Assembly: GCA_046563655.1 (NCBI GenBank)
Contig: CM102288.1
Span: 372,001-436,000 of the forward strand
Length of the DNA stretch: 64,000 bases
Source of the DNA: Yuukianura sp. NJ FZ-2021
Lineage: Eukaryota
Direction: 5' to 3'
The notes beneath the pieces are model-generated. The model saw only the letters and a list, made by a program, of their open reading frames with translations, was not told the origin of the DNA and did no database searches. Both the position numbers and the translations under genes were made by a program. Shown in pieces: positions 26,877-37,817 of this stretch. Each line of letters starts with the position of its first letter. Within the stretch, counting starts at the first letter, position 1.

Positions 26877-27482
26877 ATGCAATCTTTCAGCGTAAGTTTC
26901 CAATTTTTGTCACCAACAAACGTGAAATTTAGACAAACAAAGCCAAAATTGTTTTTGGAATATCTTTTGCAAAATCAAAATTTGGAAATTTTGAATTTGT
27001 GTTTTTCAGGTCATCGTTCTTATTGCCGTCGTTGGTGTGAGTCAGGCCGCTCCAGGCCTACTTTACGCCGCTCTCGGAGCGCCTGTCGCTGACACCAAAG
27101 TGTTTCGCGATTATCTCGGAAACCAGGCAACTTCTTACGCTTACCAAGATGGACACTCTTCAACAGTCGCTCTGTCCAGAAAGTAAAATCAAAAATTCAA
27201 ATTTCGAATAAGCAAAAGAAATTTTTCTGAATTTTCAAATTTTGACTTTTTAGCGACGTGAGCAAACACTTGGTAGCTGCTCCAGTCGCCGTTCCAGCTC
27301 CAGTAGCTTACGCTGCCGCTCCAGCTCCAATCGCTTATGCTGCCGCTCCAGCTCCAGTAGCCTACGCCGCTCCAGTCGCTCACCATGTTGCAGCGCCAGT
27401 ATATACTGCCAGTTCTTACCAGTACCACCATCGGGCTTACCCATCATACGCAGCATATGCTGCTCCAGCATACGTCTACTAA
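26877..27482 (+). CDS. Secreted Ala/Pro/Tyr-rich cuticular protein (AAPV/AAPA repeats, no R&R motif)
   Basis: Exons 26877-26891, 27010-27182, 27254-27482. Signal peptide MQSFSVIVLIAVVGVSQA, then repeated (V/I)AYAAAPAP and C-terminal YAAPAYVY*. Confidence 0.9.
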
Positions 27483-28093
27483 GCCCCCCCCCCCCATTTT
27501 CCAAGGTCACGTGACCTCTACTTAACCAAAGGCACTTGAAGATCTGATTACCTTTGACCCACAACTTCTCCTTGCATTGTTCTTTTTTCGTAAAAAAATA
27601 AACTACTGTATTTAATTTTTACATTGTTAAGAATTGGAGTAATAAAAGCGGAAAAGTTCAATGGGAATTCTCAGAGCAGAAATAATTTCCTGTGCAATTA
27701 TCACTTTTCAAAAGAAGGAAGATGGTAGTAAGTGCGTGGGATCCACTTGTTAATTGTAGAAGCCCCTCACTAAGGTCAAGGTCACTCTCAACACTCAACA
27801 ATAAAGTGGGTTGTAATGATGCGTTTTGTTTGTTTAGCACACACATTGTGTATTTATATTGTTGGCGTTAACAAATTTGGCAGTAATGTAACAGTAAATT
27901 TTTTTCATACGCACTGTGTAGCTTGATTGAAACTTTTATCGTGATGCTAAAAGATTTGAACTTCTTGAATTTCCAACTTAAACATAACGTGCGTAAAGGT
28001 AATTGTTGATTTAGCCTAAATTAAATTTTGGAACATATAAATGGTTGAGACGACTGCGTAAATGGAGTTTTACAGACATCAGCAGCGGTAACA

Positions 28094-30929
28094 ATGAATT
28101 GGGTCAAAGCGCTGACCATCTTCTGGTTTTTGGGCAGTAAGTTTTTGAGTCGTTATCTTATTATCCTGACTTTTTCCAAAAGTCCTTCTGTAGAAAGTTA
28201 GAAGGTGTGATGGTGTTTAAAAAAAACAATATTTTGGAATTTTTTAAATTTCCATAAAAAAGGAAAATGCACTGTAGTGAATTTGTTAGCCTAATCCTGA
28301 CTTTCTCCAAAAGTCCTTCTGTAGAAAGTTAGAAGGTGTGATGGTGTTTAAAAAAAACAATATTTTGGAATTTTTTAAATTTCCATAAAAAAGGAAAATG
28401 CACTGTAGTGAATTTGTTAGCCTAATCCTGACTTTTTCCAAAAGTCCTTCTGTAGAAAGTTAGAAGGTGTGATGATGTTTTCAAAAAGCAATATTTTGGA
28501 ATTTTTTAAATTTCCATAAAAAAGGAAAATGCACTTTAGTGAATTTGTTAGCCTAATCCTGACTTTCTTCAAAAGTCCTACTGTAGAAAGTTAGAAGGTG
28601 TGATGGGGTTTTCAAAAAACAATATTTTGGAATTTTCCAACTTTCTATAAAAAAGGAAAATGCACTTTAGTGAATTTGTTAGCCTAATCCTGACTTTTTC
28701 CAAAAGTCCTTCTGTAGAAAGTTAGAAGGTGTGATGATGTTTTCAAAAAGCAATATTTTGGAATTTTTTAAATTTCCATAAAAAAGGAAAATGCACTTTA
28801 GTGAATTTGTTAGCCTAATCCTGACTTTTTCCAAAAGTCCTTCTGTAGAAAGTTAGAAGGTGTGATGATGTTTTCAAAAAGCAATATTTTGGAATTTTTT
28901 AAATTTCCATAAAAAAGGAAAATGCACTTTAGTGAATTTGTTAGCCTAATCCTGACTTTTTCCAAAAGTCCTTCTGTAGAAAGTTAGAAGGTGTGATGAT
29001 GTTTTCAAAAAGCAATATTTTGGAATTTTTTAAATTTCCATAAAAAAGGAAAATGCACTGTGGTGAATTTGTTAGCCTAATCCTGACTTTTTCCAAAAGT
29101 CCTTCTGTAGAAAGTTAGAAGGTGTGATGATGTTTTCAAAAAGCAATATTTTGGAATTTTTTAAATTTCCATAAAAAAGGAAAATGCACTTTAGTGAATT
29201 TGTTAGCCTAATCCTGACTTTTTCCAAAAGTCCTTCTGTAGAAAGTTAGAAGGTGTGATGATGTTTTCAAAAAGCAATATTTTGGAATTTTTTAAATTTC
29301 CATAAAAAAGGAAAATGCACTGTGGTGAATTTGTTAGCCTAATCCTGACTTTTTCCAAAAGTCCTTCTGTAGAAAGTTAGAAGGTGTGATGATGTTTTCA
29401 AAAAGCAATATTTTGGAATTTTTTAAATTTCCATAAAAAAGGAAAATGCAATGTAGTGAATTTGTTAGCCTAATCCAGACTTTTTCCAAAAGTCCTTCTG
29501 TAGAAAGTTAGAAGGTGTGATGATGTTTTCAAAAAACAATATTTTGGGATTTTTAAATTTCTCATAAATTAGGAAAATACACTTCAGTGAATTTTTTTTT
29601 AACCCTACTGAAGTTTAAGCAAGGTTATGGAATTTGAGAATAATTGTGACAATGTTTTGTTTTTTTTTTTCAAGACGTGGAATGCAAATTGCATAAAAAC
29701 GGAAGTGAAGCTGTCTTGGCGGGTCCATTTTTGGGTTTGACGAATGAGTTGATTGATGAAACGTTGAAGTGGGTCAAAGTCAAGTACTTGTGTGGTTACG
29801 ATCCACTGGAGCTTCCACCCGTGACCCAGGATGACCTCAACGTCACCTACTCACTCACCATTTCTGATATTCGTATTGATGGACTGTCACATCTACTCCG
29901 ACTGGAAGATGTCGAAGTAGAGGTCAGCATTTCACAAAATATTTTTCACTCCGACCATCTTACGTAAACTTTTGAAAAAATTTCAAAATCTAAAATTGTG
30001 ACAACTTTTTTTGCTTTAGAAGTACGAGCGACACGATTCAAATGGAACGGAATTGGTATCGAGCTACGCCTTGTCGTCGACTTTAGGAATTCGAAACGTT
30101 GCACTCAAATTTCGAATTGAAATGCTCAAAATTTTGAGTTTGACGGTAGTAGATTTTGTTGCAAATGGATCCATTCCAGAAATTGACATTCCCATGCTAG
30201 CCCTGGTTGCTCCTGCGCAGAGACGCATTCAATTTGACAGCATCGGGATAGAAAATTTAGATAAATTAGAAATTGACATCAAAAGTGGCAATTTTCTGAC
30301 GTCCATTGGTGGATCCATTCCCTCTGTCCAAAACTACATCAAAAAACAAATCAAAGTAAGATTGCAACACTTGATACTTTGTTAAACTTTATTTTTTTTA
30401 AAATTACATTTTCAAAAATCAGGACTCTATTAAGGACAATCTGGAATCCAGGATCGGAGATGCCAAAACTTATTTGAACAACGCCGTGAATTCAGTTACT
30501 TCTTTTGAGACATCCAATCGCTGCGCCGCTGACAAATTTAACAGCACTTCAATTCGTCTCCCATCGACATCAGCGTCTGTTCCGCTATTTTTTCTAGCAC
30601 TAGGAAACGAACTTCCCGGGTCACCGAAAAGATTTAGTCTGGTTGTGAAGTACAGGTCAAAGGTCATCGGTTCCATTCCACTCCCGCCGGGTCAAGACCA
30701 AGATACTTCAGAAACCAAGGGCCTCTTTGGACACTTTGACCCTGACAGGAACGAATTTGTGCTAAATCTAAACGGGGTGTCTTATAAACACGTTAGTGAG
30801 AATAAGGTTGACCCCAGTTGGCCTTTGACCTCCAACAGGGAACGTGACATCTTTTGCCTCTATGCTCAAGATGACTCTACTTCTGACAAGATCAAGCTCA
30901 ATCCCTACATTACCAGAGTTGCTGAGTAA
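28094..30929 (+). CDS. Secreted group-7-allergen / TULIP (LBP-BPI/takeout-like) lipid-binding protein with C-terminal extension
   Basis: Exons 28094-28136, 29675-29922, 30020-30355, 30423-30929, all phase-consistent. Signal-like N-terminus; YDPLELP..ISDIRIDGLSHLLRLEDV resembles the Der p 7-family DP.K.P..NI.V.GL....R.GD pattern (family call by eye). Confidence 0.65.
28163..29593. repeat. 131-bp tandem repeat (satellite-like), ~11 copies, intron 1 of the TULIP-like gene
   Basis: Unit starts (atcctgactt..) at 28163, 28294, 28425, 28556, 28687, 28818, 28949, 29080, 29211, 29342, 29473; near-identical with no spacers. Confidence 0.98.
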
Positions 30930-31110
30930 CATGTAAAGTCAAAGACATTTTTGTTCTAAAAAAATTGTAGCATTTATTTTTAGTAGTTTCGTAGGAAAAC
31001 TGGAGGTTCTCTGAGAAAATATTTTCAAAAACGTTGAATCAAATCGGTTGAAAACGTACTAGTTTAATTAATATTAATTGTATTGCAGTCATTACGTTTT
31101 GGTGGTTTCA

Positions 31111-31611
31111 TTAACGTAATACGAAGTGCAGAAGTGGTACAGAGTCTGTGGGTGCATTGTTGACGACGTAGGTGACGGGCGCGTGATGACCTAGCGACCT
31201 GACCTTGCCGATGCGACCGCTTGAGGACCTGTTCGTTTATACAAAAATGTCCATCCAGACAATGAGAAAAGAATTGAATAGTACTACAAATATTTTACTA
31301 CGGAATAAATATTTTACGTTCTACGTCACGTGCCGAACGATCCGACGCTGGGGATAGTCGGCGAAGTAAGTAGAGCAAGCCAACTGTAAACAGAAGTAAA
31401 TGTGAGTGTAATCCTACTAAAGAGTGACTTCAATGACAGACAACAGAGGATAGTACAGCGTACATAAAATCGCGACGACAATGAGACCCATCAGAACACC
31501 CCCGGCGAAACGATCAAAAGAGTCGACATCAGTTTTACGTTGAAGTTCGACGACCACAGAAGAACCGTTTGCACAGTTTAGTGTGAACGTAACAATTTTT
31601 TCAGCAGACAT
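31111..31611 (-). CDS. Small single-pass membrane protein, unknown
   Basis: Exons 31611-31429, 31383-31325, 31228-31111: MSAEKIV..NGS..FAGGVLMGLIVVAILCTLYYPLLSVI (TM)..LHFVLR*. The first donor (gtcact) is weak and its intron only 45 nt. Confidence 0.5.
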
Positions 31612-32155
31612 TTTCAAACACCTCCTCGATTGGTTATTGATTTCAGAAACGATGTAAAGTAATCGTAGTATTTTGTAACAAGTCTTCTGCTGGAAATTTC
31701 ACGAAGTACATCTTATTTGCTCCCTTTGAAGAATCGGAGTGAGGCTTCGGGTAGGGTAGAGGGTGAAACTTGTTTACAAACAGCTTTTACCTTGCCAAAG
31801 ATGAGAGTTTTAAGGCTGCCTTTTTCTAAATTTTTGAGCTTTTTCAACCAAACATATTCGAAAGATTAGTAAATAGAATACTAATAGCTAAGGTCATTTA
31901 CGATTGTTTCTTCAAAACTTAGTTGCTATCCGAATTTTATCACCCCCATTTCACTCGCAGTGACGTCATTTACAGACTCATTCCTATTTCCTATACAAAT
32001 TCAAAAGAAAATAGGAAATCGTTAGAAGCGTAGAAAATTTATTGAAGTCTTTCGAATTTTTGTTAAAGAGTTGGAAGAGTTAACGGCAAACTGACTACCA
32101 ATTTTTACAAATGGTTTCAAGTGAATGATTTACCTTAAAATAGAAATAGTCCAAC

Positions 32156-35100
32156 CTATCCCAAGTTCTGACACTCGATCAAAAAGTTAAAATGACGAAG
32201 ATCATCCACGAATGCGTACAAGAGTATTGAAAACGTTGGCAAATCGATTCCTCCTTCGGGAATTGCTGAAGGAGCCCTCAGATCCTTAGTAGCAGAACGT
32301 TCCGATCTAAAATTGGCAGTTAAAGCATTCTTCTGTTCGATAGGAATACTTGGAAACGTAGTTTGAAAAAATTCGTCCAGAAATCTTGCGCAGAAGTGAT
32401 TGTAGTCCACTGATGCCAATTCATGCAATACTCGACACATTTCTTCACGGTAAAGGTCATGTGACTTTTGAACCAGAATGTGAAGGAAGACTCTCATAAA
32501 CTGGTGACACACATTTCCTGGAAGCTTGGAGTAAAAGTTGTGTTTCTCTTGTAGAATTGAAAGTGTGTTGAGATTGTAGCGAAATACTTCGAGATCTTGT
32601 TGCAGAAAGGAGTTTCCAATGCTTTGGATGATTTGATCCAATCGTTTTCTGATCATTTCCTGTTCAGCTTGAGCTTGTGGTGCAGGAGGAGACGCGACAG
32701 TTACTGCTGGAGTATGAAAAAAGTAGTTCCAGCGATAGTTGACAGTGTCTCGAATGAGGGCGAAGAATGGGATTTTGAGATCTGGAGTCGGCCGTTGCGA
32801 CAAGATTGGATAGATTTGGTCATAGCAGATTGAGAGCGTATCTCCAAGGAATTTCTTGAACGATGGAGATGGATCCTTCACAATGAACTGCAACATTCCT
32901 AGAAATCTAAAAATCAAAAACACAAAGTTAAAAAATATGGATGGAAAGATGGAAGTACTTTGGGAGTTTCCCACTCACTTTTCAATCACGACAGACGACG
33001 ATTCTGTTTCTTTGAGCAAGTCATTGATGATATTCGTACTTGAAAAGAGCGTCAGGAATCCATGGATTGTGCTTTCGAAAAACGGGGCTCCAGCTTGTTG
33101 TCGCAACACTTCCATTATTTTGGAAAATAAGCTCAAGATGGACTCAGATACTTCTGAAAAAGAAAATGAATTTTAAAAAAATTTTGAAAATCAACCTACC
33201 AATTTAAGTCTAAGATTAATCATGTTCTTACTAGGTTGACGAATGTAAGTGGCCGACAGAGAATGAAGAAACGGCACAACTTCCTTGAGGACATTCCAAC
33301 AGATTCTCTTTGAATTTGCATTTTCAGTGACTAGTAACTCCAGTTGATCTTGCAGAAGATTGAGATACACAATTACTGTCGCTGGATCAGCAACACTTCG
33401 TCCAAAATCTTCCAGGAGCAGTTTCATATAAGTTTCATAAAGATTCGTCCTTGTGTCCCATTCTTGCTGCGAAACACTTTGCCATGGTAGGAGTAGAACG
33501 GCACTCACTACTTTGTTCAAAATTCGGTAGATCTGGAAGTTACAAGATTAGGTCAATTATACACCAAAATTGCGGAATTTGAAAAACTTACTTCTGGAGT
33601 GGTCGTTTCCTTGAGCAAATGGATTTTCCGAATCAGCCCTTGAACAGAGCTGACTTGAAATACGAATTGTGTTCGGACAGAAGTGACCAGAGTTAGAAAA
33701 AAGTTCAAATTAGCAATGATAATTGAAGAGTCGATTTCTGCTTGGTGATCAAGCGTAAAGAACACAACTTCAGTCAGAATTCCAAGCAATTCGAAAAACA
33801 TTTGTTGGTCTTGCAAAGTTGATTCGCATAGGATTACTTCAGAATGAAACCTCTGGAGCCAGTATGTCCAGAGAGACACGGAAGAAATGATTTCACAGTT
33901 CCTGGAAAAAAAAAGTTCAAATCAACACAATAATCAGAATCACACTCTAACTTTTTTTTTTCGTTTTACATTTTGACAATAATGTCCGGATCTTTTACAA
34001 AGTAAAATCGTTGAGAGAAGTTGTACACTCCAACTAAACCCTGATACAGAGATTTCCCAAGCGTAACTTCCTGTGTGAACACTTCACTGTAAAAAACGTT
34101 GGCCATCCTATAATCAAAATAGTAAACACCAGTTTTCAATAATTTCCAGTAATGTTACAAGTTTGGAGCAATTTCAATTTGTACTTTACCTTCCAATGAT
34201 CTGCACCATAAAATGAAAATGTTCAATTTCCACTCTGTTGGTAATGTGCATCAATCGTTTGGATGTGGGGTCAAGCAGGGACTGGAGTGTAGCAAAAAAG
34301 CGACAGGACTCTGCCCATGTTGTCATCTGATTCAGAACACATGAAAACGTTAAGAAGATTTCAAAATGAATCCCTAACACTTTTGAATTGTACTTACAAG
34401 TGACTCCAGTGACTCGGTAGGCAACAACTCTCCTATTTTCACAAGAATGTCGATATTCCTAGCTAAACTAGGAGTTTCCACTTCATCATCCTGTAAAACA
34501 TAAAACAAAGTCAGATTTTGCCTTTTACAATCTAATAGCGTTCTTCCTTTCGAATTACCTCAACGTTTATGTACTCTTCTTCGGCAACTTGATACTTTGC
34601 TGTTGAGTGAGTGATACCATTGGCCAGAGCCAAAATCGGTTGTTTGTAAGTTTCAATATAGTCTTCTCTGTTCATCAGTTGGCTCACAATTGGCAATCGG
34701 GTACTAACGTGATCCAGAAGCCTTCCCCAAATGTCCAAACATTCATAGTAGAACGTAGTTTCCGTTTGACCAAACGTAAAAGGCAGAAGTAGAGAAAGGA
34801 AGGCCTTTGCATTTTGGTCATTGAACTGATTGAAGTGAGAGCCCGCAATCAGACACAAGAATTCAATTACTTTCTCCAAGTACCTGGAACAAAAAAAATA
34901 ATATGTAAATTCTGCACAGGATACTTAAGACGGAAGTGCTTACAAATGTGACAATGGAACGGTTGAGGAGCGATTAAGAATTTTGTTCAAAATCTCGATT
35001 CCAAAGTGGGTGACGCGGTGCATGTGCTTGGCAAATTCTTGAGGAATGTATTTCCGGTAGCAGATTTCGTTTAAAACACTGAGAGCCTTCATTGCATGAC

Positions 35101-36145
35101 TTAATTCCGGGGTCTAATTAAAATCAAAATAATTCAGTTAAGTTTCCAATTAAGTATTAGGTTCAACGGACATGCGTAACCTACGTATTCAATATTAGTG
35201 CCATTCTCAAAGTTAAGCACAGCATATTGGCAGAGAAGTTCCACAAAAGACTGTTGAAACGGAACTGTTTTGGGTTCTTGAGTTGCTTGTGACATATTTG
35301 GAAGTGACCCATCGAGTGTCACCCATGAAGTCAGATGAGCTGCGGCCTCTAATGCTAATGAAATGATTTCATCAACAGAATTGTTCTCAGAATGTGTCAC
35401 TCCACTTTGCTTGTGCTTAATCCCAGCATCCAGAATTGCTGAAAAAAAAAAACGATTGTGATTAGATGAAAAGACAAGACAGCATCTTGGGACAATTTTT
35501 AGTATGTTTCAACTCACCCTCCAAAGCACTGAACACGGTTGGGACTTGTTTTATAAGATTAATTTTCAGTTCTGTCTTTCGTTGGGTGCTCAGTTCGTCA
35601 GAAACGGAAGTCCATTCTTCTGAAATCGTCTTGATAAACCAAAGTCCAACTATCACCATCTCCTGAGACCTGGTTGCCTGGAAACCAAATGAAAGATTAG
35701 ATGAAGTACGGACGAAAGAAAAACGTTTGCATACCTCCAGAACATTAGAGAAGAAATCCGGTTGCTGTTGTGGCCAAGACAGCTTCCCAATGTCTGACAA
35801 TAATTTGATAACCTTATTTCTGATGAATGGAGGACACTTGACTGGAGAGGACAGTGATGATTTTTGTACGAGAAACGTCTGGAGAGCAGTCATAATTTCG
35901 GATTGATCTTGGTGTGACATCGAATACCACCGAGTTTTGATCGTATTCTCAAGTATAGATAGGCAGTACATGATAACAAATTCGCTGCCATCTGTTCGCA
36001 AACCGTAGAGAGCTTGTTTCCAAGATTCACGGTTTTTGAGAAACTGTGCCAAAACAATTTCTATCTCTCGTTTTCTATCGTTCGATGTCTGCGGAGCATA
36101 AAATTCTGATAGGCAACCTTCCAAACGTCGCTGGTTCTCCTCCAT
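32156..36145 (-). CDS. XPO6: Exportin-6 (importin-beta family nuclear actin exporter), multi-exon
   Basis: N-term MEENQRRLEGCLSEFYAPQTSNDRKREIEIVL..SWKQALYGL..YCLSILENTI..FIRNKVIKLLSDIGKLSWP; C-term FLQQDLEVFRYNL..LVQKSHDLYREE..ASVDY..DLPTF..FVDDLRHF. Both match exportin-6; intervening ORFs are bounded by GT-AG introns. Confidence 0.9.
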
Positions 36146-36199
36146 TTTTATGCTTCGACGTCCGTAGTGAGACGGGTATCGCAGAACTACCAAAAAGAC

Positions 36200-36620
36200 A
36201 TCAATGAACCATAAATTAGTTGTGCTAATTTAAACATAAAGTGAATTTTTTATTTCTTACCAATCAACGCAGAGTGAGAATGTGAATAATCCAAGATCAA
36301 ATACGATTTTCACACGAAGTATGTTGGTTGATTCAGATCCATTTTCCCCGAGAAACCCGAAATCTAATTGATTAATACGGAAACGATGGATATGATTGAA
36401 TTTGAAATTGAACAATCCATCAAATGAATGGATTCTCCTTAGGTAAATACTCAGCCAAAATCGGCAATATTCGCTCAAATACATTTACTACGCCTGCGTG
36501 TAGATTAAAAAGTGCCGATTTTTGGCACGCCTCAGCTGATTCGGACAAAAGTTTTGTTTTCATTTGATGTGCTAACAAAATTTTAAATTTGGAAGATTTG
36601 TTGAAGTTCTAATTTTTTTG
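36200..36620. promoter_or_regulatory. Bidirectional promoter / 5' leader region shared by XPO6 and NDUFA6
   Basis: Divergent start codons (36145 minus, 36629 plus) lie <0.5 kb apart. Confidence 0.6.
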
Positions 36621-36628
36621 TTAGAACA

Positions 36629-37161
36629 ATGTGTAATTCAAGCATTGTTAAATCAGCTGGACGTCAGGTCAAACCATTGTTGTCCCTGGATAGACAAGAA
36701 GCACGACGAAGGGTACTCAACCTGTACAGGGCCTGGTATCGTCAATTACCCTACATAGGTCAGGATTACTTTCCAAATCACTAATTGAATTAATCAATTA
36801 CTTTCAGCAATGGAATGTATTTAAATCCTTTCTTAACTTTTCAGCCTTTGAGTATGACATACCACAAAAGACTCCGGAGCTGCAAACAATTTTACGTCGC
36901 GAGTTTAACAAGAACAGAAAAGTTAACGACATCCGAGTCATTGACATGCTGGTTATCAAGGTAAGTCAATTCAACATTCTTAATTGATTACCGATTAAGT
37001 ATGAACTTGGCTTAACTGTGTTTGTTTTCAAGGGTCAAATGGAATTGAAAGAGACCGTGGAACACTGGAAACAGAAGAGTCACGTTATGAACTACATGAA
37101 GGAAACTGTTGAGCCTAAACCAGTTGGATTCCTGTCTAAATTCTTGGCTGGTCAACCTTAG
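36629..37161 (+). CDS. NDUFA6: NADH:ubiquinone oxidoreductase subunit A6 (B14, LYR-motif protein)
   Basis: Exons 36629-36758, 36845-36960, 37033-37161: [71 protein letters not shown]. Missed by the ORF track. Confidence 0.95.
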
Positions 37162-37817
37162 TGTTCAGAGTGAGTTCAAAATAATCGTTAGTAGTCCTAG
37201 ACAAGTTCAATTCAATTGTTCCAAAGTGAACTTAAACGAAGCCCTTCGAAAGATGTTCAGTTAGTGAAGCAGGACATGTTAAACCGCTTGTTACATAAAT
37301 CTCTTCAATCGTTCTAATAAATGAGCTACTTAAATCAGTCAGATTTTCAGATTGGACAATTGCACAGTAGTCTTTATTTGACATTTCAAACTTCACCTAT
37401 TTTTCAATTTTTAACTTTACATCCACACAAAAACCAAAACCTTAAGCGTTAATCCGAGTGGATTTAGCAGTAATGCACTTTGATGCTGACTAGATACCTC
37501 ATCCAGAGTCAGGTTCAATGACCTTGTGACCCTTCCTATTATAATTACACTAATTTCCAGATCAAGCTAGGCAAACAAAACTGAAGAGAAACTTTTCAAA
37601 GGTTACAACAAATCCTAAACTAAAACAGAAACTGATTTGAAGAAAAGAGAAAAAGATTTTGGCACAAGGAATTCACTCTCTTTGCATTTAGCTAAACTTT
37701 ATTTTAGAAGGGACAGATACAGAATTGTGTTTTTTACACAAGAGGAAACCAATAGATTTTTTCGAAATTTAACAAGTCCAATGACTAAAATTGAAATTTT
37801 GAAGAAGCGACTGTGGC

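Noticed and set aside
28163..29593. CRISPR-like array
   Set aside because: Units are contiguous and near-identical with no unique spacers; no cas genes; eukaryotic intron.
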